Assembly: GCA_964598535.1 (NCBI GenBank)
Contig: CAZRCI010000015.1
Coordinates: 31,098-95,097, forward strand
From: an uncultured Planctomycetaceae bacterium
GTDB lineage: Bacteria; Planctomycetota; Planctomycetia; Pirellulales; PALSA-1355
Direction of reading: 5' to 3'
Length of the DNA stretch: 64,000 nucleotides
Shown: positions 18,953 to 29,536 of the stretch, one piece after another
How positions within the stretch are numbered: position 1 is the stretch's first letter
How the letters are laid out: each line of letters starts with the position of its first letter
Program-made: the position numbers and the translations under genes
Notes under the pieces: model-generated
Seen by the model: the letters and a program-made list of their open reading frames with translations, nothing else
Told to the model about the DNA's origin: nothing
Database searches by the model: none

Positions 18953-20389
18953 CTAGGCCAGCCATTCTGGAATGACTCGGCCGTGAACGTCGGTCAGACG
19001 AAAATCGCGACCGGCGTAGCGGTATGTCAGGCGGGTGTGATCCAGCCCCAGACAGTGCAGGATCGTCGCGTGCAGATCGTGCACGTGAACCTTATTGTCC
19101 ACGGCGGCGAATCCGAAGTCGTCGGTTGCGCCGTAGACTTGTCCGCCGCGAATGCCGCCGCCGGCAAGCCACATCGTAAACCCATAGTGGTTGAGATCGC
19201 GGCCGCTCAGATTTGGCAATTCGGCAACCGGCGTTCGGCCGAATTCACCACCCCACAGCACGAGCGTGCTGTCGAGCATGCCGCGCTGTTTGAGATCGGC
19301 CAGAAACGCGGCGATCGGACCGTCCCAATCACCCGCCAGCTTGCGATGCTCGGCCTCGATATTGTCGTGGTTGTCCCAGGGCTGTCCGGCGCCGCTCCAC
19401 ACCTGAATGAAGCGAACGCCGCGTTCGAGCAGCCGGCGCGTGATCAGAAGCTGACGACCTTGCAGCCCCTCGCCATAGCTCTCGCGAATATGCCGAGGCT
19501 CGCGCGTGATGTCAAACGCGTCGGCCGCTTCGCTCTGCATGCGGTAGGCCAGTTCGAACGACTCGATGCGAGACTCCAGGCGAGCGTCGGCGGCGTGGCC
19601 GGCGGCGTGCTTGCGATTCAGCCGCTGCACGAGATCGAGTTGCCGCCGTTGCTCGTCGAGCGAGAGCGCATCGTTGCGGATGTTTTCGACCAGCTTGTCG
19701 ATCTCGGTGTGCTGCGTGTCGATGTGCGTGCCCTGGTACGCGCCGGGAAGAAACGCGGCGCGCCAGTTCTGCGTGGCCACGACGGGATATCCGCCCGGGC
19801 AAAGGGCAATGAATCCCGGCAGGTTCTGATTCTCCGCCCCCAGGCCGTAGGTGATCCAGGAGCCCATGCTGGGGCGCGGCAACCGGCCGTCGCCGCAATT
19901 CATGAGGAGCAGCGAGGGCTCGTGATTCGGCACATCGGCGGTCATGGAACGAACGATGCACAGATCATCGATGTGCGCGGCCGTTTTGGCAAACAACTCG
20001 CTCACTTCGATGCCGCTTTCGCCGTAGCGCGCGAACTTGAACGGCGAGCGCATGGCGGCTCCGGTCTTGCGCTCCGTGCGGAGGCTGCCGGGCAGCGGTT
20101 GACCGTGGTGCTTGTCGAGCGCCGGTTTAGGGTCGAAGGTATCGACCTGCGAGGGGCCGCCGTTCATGAACAGGTGAACCACGCGGTGGGCCTTGGCTTC
20201 AAAATGCGGCGGGCGCAGCGCCAAGGCGCTCGTCGTCGCGGCCTGGGCTCCTTGTGCGAAAAGGCCATCGGCAGCCGTGATGCCAGCCAGGCCGAGCAGC
20301 CCCATGCCGAGGCCGCTGCGCGTAAGCATCTCGCGGCGGGTGATGTGGGACTCAAACGATGCCCTGGATCGATCGTCGCTCATCGTCAT
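18953..20389 (-). CDS. DUF1501 domain protein (sulfatase-fold, Tat-type signal)
   Basis: SRREMLTRSGLGMGLLGLAG twin-arginine-like leader and GGEFGRTP near the C-terminal third. ATG at 20389 overlaps the stop of the upstream PSD gene (TGATG). Confidence 0.9.
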   Translation of the reverse strand: MTMSDDRSRASFESHITRREMLTRSGLGMGLLGLAGITAADGLFAQGAQAATTSALALRPPHFEAKAHRVVHLFMNGGPSQVDTFDPKPALDKHHGQPLPGSLRTERKTGAAMRSPFKFARYGESGIEVSELFAKTAAHIDDLCIVRSMTADVPNHEPSLLLMNCGDGRLPRPSMGSWITYGLGAENQNLPGFIALCPGGYPVVATQNWRAAFLPGAYQGTHIDTQHTEIDKLVENIRNDALSLDEQRRQLDLVQRLNRKHAAGHAADARLESRIESFELAYRMQSEAADAFDITREPRHIRESYGEGLQGRQLLITRRLLERGVRFIQVWSGAGQPWDNHDNIEAEHRKLAGDWDGPIAAFLADLKQRGMLDSTLVLWGGEFGRTPVAELPNLSGRDLNHYGFTMWLAGGGIRGGQVYGATDDFGFAAVDNKVHVHDLHATILHCLGLDHTRLTYRYAGRDFRLTDVHGRVIPEWLA

Positions 20390-23166
20390 CAATCAATGAA
20401 TAAGAACTCGTTGGTTGTGAGCACGGCCTGGCTAAGCTGCTGCCAGGCATTCTCGCCCCCGGCGCGCACGAATTCCGTCGCCCAGGCGAATTCCTCGGCG
20501 TCGGGCATGCGCCCCAGGGTCGCGCGAAATAAGTTTTCGACTTTTTGCCGCGGATCGTTCGAACTTGCCATGTCCGGGCGGTTCCAGAAACGATGTGCCG
20601 ACTCGCGGACCAAGGGGTGATTCATAAAGAACAAGGCCTGTTGCGGAACCGTGGTTTGCGAGCGTTCGGGGCTCGTGGCGTCCGGATGTGGAAAGTCGAA
20701 CGTGCGATACAGGCCCGGCAGATTGAGCCGATCGATGCGGCCGTAAATCGTGCGTCGCGCAGCCGACGTGGCGGCTACGTCGGCCAGGGGCGGACCGCCG
20801 ATCTGGCGGTCGAGCCCGCCGCTCACCGCGAGCAGGCTGTCGCGCATCGTTTCGAAGTCCAGCCGGCGGCGATTCATGCGCCAATAGAGCTGATTCTCCG
20901 GATCCACTCGGCGTGCTTCTTCACGATCAGCGCTCGCTTGCAAGTACGCGGCCGAGAGCACGATCTGGCGGTGCAGCCACTTGATACTCCAGCCGTTTTG
21001 CACGAATCCGGCAGCAAGGGCATCGAGCAGCTCGGGATGCGTGGGCGGATCGCTGCGCAGGCCAAAGTCGCTGGGCGTCGCCACCAGCGGCGTGCCAAAA
21101 TGGGCAAGCCAAACACGATTCACCAGTACGCGCGCCGTGAGCGGATTGTTTCGATCGGCGATCTTCTGGGCAAGTTCCAATCGGTCATTCTCGCGCGCGA
21201 ACGGGGCGGAAACCTCGTCGTCGAACACGCGCAGGAAACGCCGCGGAACCTGGACTCCCAAATTGGTAGGGTTCCCGCGGACAAAGACGCGTTGCTCGAC
21301 CGGTTGCGGAAGCTCTTGCAGGACCATTGCTCGAGGTGGCGCGGCGGCGCCTTCGGCCCGCCACTTTTCGACGGCGGTCAGTAGTTCGTTGCGCTCGCCC
21401 TGCGATTTGCGGTCGGGCAAGAGCTCCAGCACGCCGATCTGTTCGCGGGTCAGCGCGGCCGGAGCGTCGGGATGCGTGAACACGGCCTGGAGCGCCGCCA
21501 GTTCGCTGCCGGCCGGCGCTGGCGGCAGATTTGCCGCCCCGAGAAGCAGTTCGGCATACGTGCGCGCGACATCGTGCTGGCTGGCGAGCGGTTTGCCAAG
21601 AAACGCTCCGACGACGAGCGCGTTGAGCGGTTGAGCGGACGTTTGCTCACGGAACAATGATTCGAGGGCTGCCGGGGCCTGCGCTGAGAACTGATCCTCG
21701 GAAATCGATCCGAGGGCTTGCCAGATTGCCCAGACCGGGTCGTGCTTGCGTGCCATGCGCTCCAGATAAAGCTGATAGCGGAGAACCATCGTGGGGTTCA
21801 GGTCGTCCGGCTCGGCGAGCAGCATGAAATCTTGCGTGGGCGGCTTGCCACGCTGAGCGTGGCCGGCGAGCAGGTATTCGGCCACCCGGGTGCGTGCGCC
21901 GGCGACCAGTTCGGCATGCTTGCGCGTTAGATACTCATCGAGCTTCTGTTCCCGATCGGCCAACTCCTGGGCGAAGGCCGCATAGGCTTCGGTTTGCGGC
22001 GGTTCTTCGAACAACGGCGGAACCACCGGTTCGGTTGAACTGGCCAGGATACCGTAGAGCGAATAGTAGTCGCCCGTGGGGATCGGGTCGAATTTGTGGT
22101 CGTGGCACCGCGCGCACGATACGGTGAGTCCCAGCAGGCCCCGGGTGATGACGTCGATGCGATCGTCGATCACGTCATGCTGGTTGTTCATGAACCGGCT
22201 GCCGAGCGTGAGGAAACCCATCGCCGTGAGCGGCCGGCGGTCGTTCTCGAGCGGCAGCAGGTCGGCGGCGAGCTGTTCGACGATGAACCGGTCGTAGGGC
22301 AAGTCCTGATTGAAGGCGCGGATTACGTAGTCGCGATAGGTGTAGGCCCAGGGAAAATTGGCGTCTTGAAACAGCACATAGCCCTTGGTGTCGGCGTACC
22401 GGGCCACGTCGAGCCAGTGCCGTGCCCAGCGTTCGCCATAGTGCGGCGAAGCGAGTAATCGCTCGACCGCGCGCGACACGGCCTCTGGGGCCGCGTCGTT
22501 GACGAAGGTTTCAATCGCATCGGGCTCGGGCGGCAATCCGACCAGATCGAACGACAACCGGCGGAGCAGCGTGCGACGATCGGCCGGCGGCGAAGGCGCA
22601 AGGCCGTGTTGTTCAAGTTTCGCAAGCACGAACCAATCGACGTCCGTTCGCGGCCAGGCGGCATCGTTTACCGCGGGCCGGGGCGGGGCGACGACCGGCT
22701 GGAGCGACCAGTGCGTGCGCCGCGCTTCGGCGATGCGTTCGGTCTCGGCGAGGTTCTTCGCATTGGCGAGCGTTTCGGCCGTGGCTTCAGGCCAGGGAAG
22801 GCCGCGCTCGACCCATTCGACCAGGCTGGCGATCTCACCGTCGCTAAGCCGTTTTCCGTCAGGAGGCATCTCGGGCCCCTCGTACCGCACGGCGGCGATG
22901 AGCACGCTTTCGTCAGCCTTGCCCGGCACAGCGGCCGGCCCGCTATGGCCCCCTTGAAGCAGCGCCTCGCGCGAGGTGAGCTTGAGCCCGCCCATCGGCT
23001 CGTCCAGGTCGCCGTGGCAGTCGCCACAGTGACGCAGGAGGAGCGGGCGAATACGGCGCTCGAAGAAGTCGGCGTCTTCCTGGCTGGCGGGCGAACCGGC
23101 AAAACCAAGCCGCGCGCAAGCGCCCACCGCAAGCAAGATGAACACCGGTATCAGCCAACGCCGCAT
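20389..23166 (-). CDS. PSCyt1/DUF1549/DUF1553 (PSD1-type) protein
   Basis: Signal peptide, then CGDCHG planctomycete cytochrome c motif, then LGLTVSCARCHDHKFDPIPTGDYYSLYG hallmark. It has the classic pairing with the downstream DUF1501 gene. Confidence 0.9.
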   Translation of the reverse strand: MRRWLIPVFILLAVGACARLGFAGSPASQEDADFFERRIRPLLLRHCGDCHGDLDEPMGGLKLTSREALLQGGHSGPAAVPGKADESVLIAAVRYEGPEMPPDGKRLSDGEIASLVEWVERGLPWPEATAETLANAKNLAETERIAEARRTHWSLQPVVAPPRPAVNDAAWPRTDVDWFVLAKLEQHGLAPSPPADRRTLLRRLSFDLVGLPPEPDAIETFVNDAAPEAVSRAVERLLASPHYGERWARHWLDVARYADTKGYVLFQDANFPWAYTYRDYVIRAFNQDLPYDRFIVEQLAADLLPLENDRRPLTAMGFLTLGSRFMNNQHDVIDDRIDVITRGLLGLTVSCARCHDHKFDPIPTGDYYSLYGILASSTEPVVPPLFEEPPQTEAYAAFAQELADREQKLDEYLTRKHAELVAGARTRVAEYLLAGHAQRGKPPTQDFMLLAEPDDLNPTMVLRYQLYLERMARKHDPVWAIWQALGSISEDQFSAQAPAALESLFREQTSAQPLNALVVGAFLGKPLASQHDVARTYAELLLGAANLPPAPAGSELAALQAVFTHPDAPAALTREQIGVLELLPDRKSQGERNELLTAVEKWRAEGAAAPPRAMVLQELPQPVEQRVFVRGNPTNLGVQVPRRFLRVFDDEVSAPFARENDRLELAQKIADRNNPLTARVLVNRVWLAHFGTPLVATPSDFGLRSDPPTHPELLDALAAGFVQNGWSIKWLHRQIVLSAAYLQASADREEARRVDPENQLYWRMNRRRLDFETMRDSLLAVSGGLDRQIGGPPLADVAATSAARRTIYGRIDRLNLPGLYRTFDFPHPDATSPERSQTTVPQQALFFMNHPLVRESAHRFWNRPDMASSNDPRQKVENLFRATLGRMPDAEEFAWATEFVRAGGENAWQQLSQAVLTTNEFLFID

Positions 23167-23179
23167 CGCAGGGGACTCG

Positions 23180-24070
23180 CTAGGTGAAGGGCTGGTCTTT
23201 CAGCGGCCGCTGATTCCAGGGAATCGGCATCGTGGGCGGCTTGCGATGCCGGTCGCGCCGCTGGTCGATGGGCCGGTCCTTGAACCAGGTGATGAAACGG
23301 CCGAGTTGCTTGACGGCTTCCTCGTACACCTCGCGGCCTTTTTCGGGCGTGGCCAGTTCCGGTTCTCCCAGCACGCCGGTCTCGCTGTAGCTGCTCGTCC
23401 AGGAGACGACGGTCGCCGGTCCGGCGGCGAACAGATCGACCCACATGAACGGACTGTCTTCAAGATTGAAGCTGATGTCGCCGTTCTTGATCTTGTCGGT
23501 GCGAACATTGTCGCCGTCGAGGTACATATAGAGCGAAGTTTCCAGCTCGCAGGCGTGTGCGCAGCCGCCGGGAAACTTGCTCTGCCGCCAGCGGGGGAAG
23601 AACTCCTTGTCCACGTTGAGCAAGTGCCACCAACCGATGCAGACGCATTCGGCGTCGGTCTCGAGGTTGGCCCGGCGAGCGACCAGGTCGAGATTCGGCA
23701 TGTTCGAGCCGTGGCCGTTGAGCAGAATGATCTTTTTGAATCCGTGGTACGCAAGCGATTTGGCGATGTCGAGCACATGGTGCTGAAAGTGCTCGAAGTC
23801 GTTGTTGATCGTGCCAGGAAAATCCATCACGTGCCCCGTGTAGCCATACGCCACGATGGGAAGCACCTTCACCTTGTCCGGCATCTGCTGGCCCACGCCG
23901 CGGGCGATTCCGCCGGGGCATACCAGGTCGACGTCGAGCGGCAGGTGCGGTCCATGCTGCTCAACGGCGCCACAAGGAACGATGCACACCTGGCGGGCGT
24001 CGACCGCATCCTCGATCTCGGGCCAGGTCAATTTCTCATAGCGATATTCGGTTTGAGCGCGGTTGCTCAC
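23180..24070 (-). CDS. Creatininase-family amidohydrolase
   Basis: GAVEQHGPHLPLDVD, LLNGHGSN, GGCAHACELETS. Probable GTG start at 24070 preceded by AAGGA; the ORF-track start is at 24118. Confidence 0.8.
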   Translation of the reverse strand: MSNRAQTEYRYEKLTWPEIEDAVDARQVCIVPCGAVEQHGPHLPLDVDLVCPGGIARGVGQQMPDKVKVLPIVAYGYTGHVMDFPGTINNDFEHFQHHVLDIAKSLAYHGFKKIILLNGHGSNMPNLDLVARRANLETDAECVCIGWWHLLNVDKEFFPRWRQSKFPGGCAHACELETSLYMYLDGDNVRTDKIKNGDISFNLEDSPFMWVDLFAAGPATVVSWTSSYSETGVLGEPELATPEKGREVYEEAVKQLGRFITWFKDRPIDQRRDRHRKPPTMPIPWNQRPLKDQPFT

Positions 24071-24185
24071 GGCGGGTCCTTTTTGCGCTGACGGCGAAGG
24101 TAAGTAAAGCGGGCACACGAGCCTTGCGCGGCAAGGTGCGGCGGGCTACTATGAGTATCTTGTCCCAGGGCCTGGAGTTCAACTG

Positions 24186-25304
24186 ATGAAGATTGCCGCC
24201 GTTCGCACGATTGCTTTGAGGGGAGTGACCGAGGACCACGGTTGGCCCGGCGGAACCGACCCCAACGTGCAATACAACACGCTGGTGGAGGTTGTCAGCG
24301 ACGAGGGAATAACCGGGCTGGGAAGCTGCTACACGACGCGACCGCTGGTCGAGGGGGCGCTGGAGCTGCTCAAGCCGATGTTAATCGGCCAATCGGCCCT
24401 GGAACCAGAACGCGTTAGCGAAACGATGCGGCAGAGCATGTTCTGGCTGGGAAGAGGGGGCTCGGTCGAACACGCGATCAGCGGCCTCGATATCGCGCTC
24501 TGGGACCTGTTTGGCAAGGCTTTAGGACAACCGGTTTCACGACTATTGGGCGGAAACTACCGCACGAGCATCAAACCGTATGCCTCGATGCTTTTTGAAG
24601 ATCCGCCGCTGTTGGCCGAAAAGCTCGAAGAGCAGCTCGCCCGCGGCTTTCGCGCAATCAAGCTGGGCTGGCGCCCGTTTGGACGCGTCAACCGGACATT
24701 CGATGAGATCCTGGTTAGCACTGCGCGAGAGACTGTGGGCGACGACGTGGAGCTGATGGTCGATGCCGGCGGCAGCGAGCAGTTTTGGCCGCATGGCATC
24801 AACTGGGCGCGCGAGACCGCGCGGATGCTCGGCGATTATGGGATCACTTGGTTTGAAGAGGCGCTGACGCCAGACGACGTGGACGGCTTCGCCGCGCTCC
24901 GGGAGTCGTCGCCGGTATTGGTGGCGACGGGCGAGGTGCTCACGCGCCGGCAGAGTTTCCAGCCGTTCATCACGCGGCGGGCAGTCGACATCATTCAGCC
25001 CGATCTGACCAAGTGTGGCGGCTTGAGCGAAGGGCGGCGGTTGGCCTGGCTGGCGGCCGACCACGGCGTGCTGCTGGTGCCTCATGGTTGGAACACCGCG
25101 GTGGGCGTCGCGGCAGACCTGGCCCTGTCGGCGGCGATGCCCGTCGCGCGCTGGGTCGAGTATCAAACGGGCGTGCCGTATATCGAAGACCTGACGCTGC
25201 CGCGGTTCGAAATCGATGACGAAGGCTATCTGAAGATTCCGACCGGGCCGGGGCTGGGGATCGAGCTCAATCCGGATGCGCTCGGCAAGTTCGCCGTGCG
25301 GTAG
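24186..25304 (+). CDS. Enolase-superfamily enzyme (mandelate racemase / muconate lactonizing family)
   Basis: N-terminal capping domain plus barrel motifs ELMVDAGG, ITWFEEAL, DIIQPDLTKCGGLSEG, VPHGW. Confidence 0.85.
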   Translation: MKIAAVRTIALRGVTEDHGWPGGTDPNVQYNTLVEVVSDEGITGLGSCYTTRPLVEGALELLKPMLIGQSALEPERVSETMRQSMFWLGRGGSVEHAISGLDIALWDLFGKALGQPVSRLLGGNYRTSIKPYASMLFEDPPLLAEKLEEQLARGFRAIKLGWRPFGRVNRTFDEILVSTARETVGDDVELMVDAGGSEQFWPHGINWARETARMLGDYGITWFEEALTPDDVDGFAALRESSPVLVATGEVLTRRQSFQPFITRRAVDIIQPDLTKCGGLSEGRRLAWLAADHGVLLVPHGWNTAVGVAADLALSAAMPVARWVEYQTGVPYIEDLTLPRFEIDDEGYLKIPTGPGLGIELNPDALGKFAVR

Positions 25305-25317
25305 GCTTGCACGCCGA

Positions 25318-28233
25318 CTACACCGTCGCCGAGCCAGAGAGCAAGGGACGCAGGAACTGGCCCGTCGCGTTGTCTTCGATCGCGGCGATTTCCTCGGGCG
25401 TGCCGGTGGCGATGATCCGTCCTCCGCCGGCACCGCCCCCCGGGCCGAGGTCGATGATCCAATCGGCTCGCTTGGCAACGTCGAGATTATGTTCGATTAC
25501 CAGCACGGTGTTCCCCAGCGAGGCGAGCCGATCGAGCACGCTGAGCAGCTTCTTGATGTCGTCGAAGTGCAAGCCGGTCGTAGGTTCGTCGAGAATGTAC
25601 ATCGTGTTGCCGGTATCGACCCGGGCCAGCTCGGCGGCGAGCTTGACGCGTTGGGCCTCGCCGCCGGAAAGCGTGGTGGACGACTGGCCCAGGCTCAGGT
25701 AGCCGAGCCCCACGTCCTGCAAGCTGGCAAGCTGGCGAACGATTTGCGGAAAGTTCTCGAAGAACTGGAGCGCGTCGTCGACCTGCATCTTGAGAACGTC
25801 GGCGATCGACATGCCGCGATAACGGATTTCGAGCGTCTGGCGATTGAAGCGAGCGCCGTCGCACTCGGGACAAGGAACCGTCAGGTCGGGCAGGAAGTTC
25901 ATCTCGATGCGGCGAATGCCCTGTCCTTGGCATTCCTCGCAGCGTCCGCCTTTGACATTGAAGCTGAAGCGGCTGTGCTTGTAACCGCGAAGCTTGGCCT
26001 CGCGCGTGCCGGCGAAGACGCGGCGGATGTCGTCGAACATGCCGGAGTACGTGGCCGGGTTACTACGCGGCGTGCGGCCGATCGGAGATTGATCGACCTC
26101 GATCAGCTTATCCAGCAGGCTCGCGCCGCGCAGACTGCGGAACGGTCCCGGCTTCGGCCCTTCGCCAGTGAGCCTGCGTCGCAGCGCGCGTGCCAGGGTC
26201 TCGTTGATCAAGGAACTTTTGCCCGAGCCGCTGACGCCGGTGACGCATACCAGTGCGGAAAGCGGAATGCTGACGTCCACGTCCTTGAGATTGTTGATCG
26301 TGGCCCCTTCGAGCACGAGCGAACGCGTCTTGGCGATTTTGCGGCGCGACTCGGGAACTTCGATCGCTAAGTTACCACTCAGATAACGGCCCGTCACGGA
26401 CGCGGGGTTGGCCGAAACTTGGAGCGGCGTGCCCTGGGCCACGACAAGGCCGCCATGCACGCCGGCGCCGGGGCCCATGTCGACCAGATAGTCGGCCTGC
26501 CGCATGATGGCTTCGTCGTGCTCGACAACGAGCACCGTGTTGCCTTGTTGCTGCAAACCGCGCAGCGCGTCGATCAGCCGCTGATTGTCGCGTTGATGCA
26601 AGCCGATCGACGGCTCGTCGAGCACGTAACACACGCCCACCAGTCCGGAGCCGATGCCCGTCGCCAACCGCACGCGCTGCAGCTCGCCACCGCTGAGCGT
26701 ATCGGCCGGCCGATCGAGCGAAAGGTAATCGACGCCGACATTGTTGAGAAACGCCAGCCGCGCGCCGATTTCGCGCACGATGGGTTCGGCAATCGGCTGC
26801 TCGCGCGGGCCGAACGTGAGCGCGGCGATCCACTGTGCGGCATCGGCGACGTTCAGGGCTGTGAACTCGTGGATCGCCAGGCCGTGGAACTTGCAAGCGC
26901 GGGCTTCGGGGCGCAGCCTCGCGCCGTGACACTCCAGGCAGGTGACCACGCCGCGCAGGGCTTCGAGCTTCAAGCGTTCGGCCGGCTGGAGCGAAGTGGC
27001 GTATTGATGTTCAAGTAGCGTCAACACGCCTGGAAACTTGCGCCCGTCGCCATGCAATAACTGCTCGCGCTGGCGGAGCTTCAACTCGGTGAGCGGCGTC
27101 GTCCACGCGATGCCCGTTGCCTCGAGCCACGGCCTGAGCAGCGACTTGAACTTTCGCTCGCGCGCGGGGCTAGCGCCTTTCCAGGCGACAATCGCTCCCT
27201 GGGCAAGCGACAAGCTGTCGTCCGGCAAAATCAATTCGGGATCGAATTGCACGCGCGAGCCGAGCCCCTCACATGTCGGGCATGCGCCGTAGGGGCTATT
27301 GAAGCTGAACGTGCGCGGCTCCAACTCCTCGAAGCTTGTTTTGCAATGCGGGCAGGCATAAAGCGTGCTGAGCAGCCGTTCCTGCCACGCCGTGGTGTCG
27401 GGCTTACCGCTCGCGTCCACGGCCGATGGGTCGAGATATACGGCGACCACGGCGCCTTCGCCCTGGGCAATCGCCAAGCGGGTCGATTCGGCCAGCCGCG
27501 ACTCGACGCCTTCGCGCACGATGACACGATCGACCACCGCGTCGATGCTGTGATTTTTGCGCGGAGCGAGTTCTCCCACCTGATCGATGTCAAGAATCTC
27601 GCCGTCGACGCGCACCCGAACAAAACCCGCTTTGCGAATCGCTTCCAGGACGTCCTTGTGCCCGCCCTTTCGGCCGCGAACGAAGGGGGCCATGATCATG
27701 AGCTTCGTACCGGCGGGAAGCGAGCGGAGATCTTCAATGATCTGCTCGGGCGACTGCTGGTGAATTGTCGCGCCGCAGGCGGGGCAGGCCGGGTGGCCAA
27801 GCCGCGCGTATAGCAGGCGCAGATAGTCGTAAATCTCGGTGACCGTGGCCACCGTGCTGCGCGGGTTCTGGCTGCCTGCTCGCTGGTCGATCGAAATGGT
27901 CGGTTCGAGACCTTCGATCAGATCAACGTCTGGACGTTCGAGCTGATGCAGGAACTGGCGCGCATAGACCGAGAGGCTTTCAATGTATTGCCGTTGCCCT
28001 TCGGCAAAGATCGTGTCGAATGCCAAGGAACTCTTGCCCGATCCGCTGGGACCGGTGATCACGATCAATTGGTCGCGCGGGAGCGCGAGATCGATATTCT
28101 TCAGATTGTGGACCCGGGCGCCGCGAACGCGAATTGCCTCGGAGTCGCCGGAGGGCAGGGGCCCAGTCGGTGCCGCTTCAACGGTCGCAGAATTCATTGC
28201 TCGCCCAGGCGCCGATTTATGGTAACAGGCCAA
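25318..28233 (-). CDS. uvrA: Excinuclease ABC subunit A
   Basis: Two ABC modules (GPSGSGKSSLAF and GVSGSGKSSLI), zinc-finger CXXC pairs, and signature LSGGEAQRVKLA. 971 aa; the start may be the MNSATVEA codon. Confidence 0.95.
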   Translation of the reverse strand: MACYHKSAPGRAMNSATVEAAPTGPLPSGDSEAIRVRGARVHNLKNIDLALPRDQLIVITGPSGSGKSSLAFDTIFAEGQRQYIESLSVYARQFLHQLERPDVDLIEGLEPTISIDQRAGSQNPRSTVATVTEIYDYLRLLYARLGHPACPACGATIHQQSPEQIIEDLRSLPAGTKLMIMAPFVRGRKGGHKDVLEAIRKAGFVRVRVDGEILDIDQVGELAPRKNHSIDAVVDRVIVREGVESRLAESTRLAIAQGEGAVVAVYLDPSAVDASGKPDTTAWQERLLSTLYACPHCKTSFEELEPRTFSFNSPYGACPTCEGLGSRVQFDPELILPDDSLSLAQGAIVAWKGASPARERKFKSLLRPWLEATGIAWTTPLTELKLRQREQLLHGDGRKFPGVLTLLEHQYATSLQPAERLKLEALRGVVTCLECHGARLRPEARACKFHGLAIHEFTALNVADAAQWIAALTFGPREQPIAEPIVREIGARLAFLNNVGVDYLSLDRPADTLSGGELQRVRLATGIGSGLVGVCYVLDEPSIGLHQRDNQRLIDALRGLQQQGNTVLVVEHDEAIMRQADYLVDMGPGAGVHGGLVVAQGTPLQVSANPASVTGRYLSGNLAIEVPESRRKIAKTRSLVLEGATINNLKDVDVSIPLSALVCVTGVSGSGKSSLINETLARALRRRLTGEGPKPGPFRSLRGASLLDKLIEVDQSPIGRTPRSNPATYSGMFDDIRRVFAGTREAKLRGYKHSRFSFNVKGGRCEECQGQGIRRIEMNFLPDLTVPCPECDGARFNRQTLEIRYRGMSIADVLKMQVDDALQFFENFPQIVRQLASLQDVGLGYLSLGQSSTTLSGGEAQRVKLAAELARVDTGNTMYILDEPTTGLHFDDIKKLLSVLDRLASLGNTVLVIEHNLDVAKRADWIIDLGPGGGAGGGRIIATGTPEEIAAIEDNATGQFLRPLLSGSATV

Positions 28234-28283
28234 CCTGTAAGCGTATCATCGCGACGGTTCCAAGGCAAAACGTAACGCCGCGG

Positions 28284-28488
28284 GGTGGTGTCCTAAGAGT
28301 GCGTTGCTGGAAGGAAATGCCTGTGTGGCACGCTCAGAGCGCAGCGTGGGCGTGCTGAAGTTGACTCGGAAAATCATGGTCATTCGAGCACGCCCTTCGT
28401 TCCTCAGGGCCGTGCCACCCCCGTTCGAGCACGCCCTTCGTTCCTCAGGGCCGTGCCACCCCCGGCAACACACTCTTAGGACACTACC
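28284..28488. mobile_element. MITE-like element, copy 2 (205 bp, with internal 41-bp tandem duplication)
   Basis: Same TIRs as copy 1. It is flanked by direct CGCCGCGG (28276-28283 and 28489-28496). The internal unit TTCGAGCACGCCCTTCGTTCCTCAGGGCCGTGCCACCCCCG occurs twice (28383-28423, 28424-28464). Confidence 0.75.
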
Positions 28489-28514
28489 CGCCGCGGCACT
28501 ACCCGCCGCGGTCG

Positions 28515-28754
28515 TTGTACGTCGATCGGGACAGCATTTATGAGCCGACGCGAGCGGCCACGGTGGACAACGAGCTCACAGAAACGGGGGCTTTGCCGCA
28601 GTTTGGCCGGGCGCTGCGGGAGCTGGACATGGGGCTGATCTTTGGCTTGCTGATTTTGGCTTACCGTCCGCCGACCTTGTTTCGCTCCGGTCGCTGCACT
28701 CGGCAAGGCTGGCGGAAAGAAAAACACAATCACCCACCCTTGTCTACGCCCTAA
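28515..28754 (+). pseudogene. Remnant of a DDE/rve-type transposase (ISNCY/IS1202-like from memory)
   Basis: The translation YVDRDSIYEP...LPQFGRALRELDMGLIF resembles the region around the third catalytic residue of rve-type transposases. No N-terminal part is present and the downstream sequence loses similarity. It sits next to the MITE copy and tRNA-Arg. Confidence 0.45.
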
Positions 28755-28945
28755 CCCAAGGGGACATTACTCTATACTCTCTTGGGTTTGAAATGAGGGG
28801 CATTTCTATTGAGCAGCGACGGGCTTGAGAGTCTTTCTTGCGTCCGCGTTTTCCCCTACGATAGTCTAGGGTTTTGAGGGTTCGGAAATTGCCAAGCGTC
28901 AGCACACCTCAAAAAAATTTCGAAATCCCAGGAAATATTACATTC

Positions 28946-29018
<73 letters not shown>

Positions 29019-29079
29019 TTCGATCGGCGGCGGCGGTCGCTTGTACCATATCCAAAAATCATCCGTGCGGCTTGATCCC

Positions 29080-29514
29080 ATGCTTTGCCCGCAGTGTCGT
29101 CAGCCCCTGGTGATTGTCGAGTATCGCGAGATCGAACTTGACGCGTGTCCCGACTGTCACGGTCTGTGGTTCGACGCTCAGGAGCTACGGCAAATGTACG
29201 AACTTGCCGGAGCGGGAACCGCTTACCAGGCGCTCGATGAACAACTCGCTCGCTTTCCGCACGCAGCACCACGCCGCCACTGCCCTCGCTGCCATGGACA
29301 TTTGGATCCGGTTCGAGCGCCGTCGGCCAAAGATGACCTCATCCTTGACGAATGCCCTCATGAACATGGCATTTGGTTCGACGCGGGCGAGCTCGATGCC
29401 CTATTACGGGCATCCTTAGGCAGCGAGCAATCGATCGAGGAGGTTCGCTGCTATTTGGGGGCATTCATGGCACCTGCGCGCGGCGTCAGCCAAGACGACA
29501 ATTTCGACACCTGA
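29080..29514 (+). CDS. Double zinc-ribbon protein (zf-TFIIB-like)
   Basis: Two modules: CPQCRQPL...CPDCHGLWFDAQEL and CPRCHGHL...CPHEHGIWFDAGELD. ATG at 29080. Confidence 0.7.
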   Translation: MLCPQCRQPLVIVEYREIELDACPDCHGLWFDAQELRQMYELAGAGTAYQALDEQLARFPHAAPRRHCPRCHGHLDPVRAPSAKDDLILDECPHEHGIWFDAGELDALLRASLGSEQSIEEVRCYLGAFMAPARGVSQDDNFDT

Positions 29515-29536
29515 CAACGAATCGGGAGACAATGCA

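Noticed and set aside
18932-20620. 562-aa plus-strand ORF
   Set aside because: It is antisense to the well-supported DUF1501 gene and has no motifs, only off-frame composition.
23138-24091. 317-aa plus-strand ORF and other frames over the creatininase gene
   Set aside because: It is antisense to a gene with clear creatininase motifs.
25276-26370. 364-aa plus-strand ORF inside uvrA
   Set aside because: It is antisense to uvrA, which is unambiguous.
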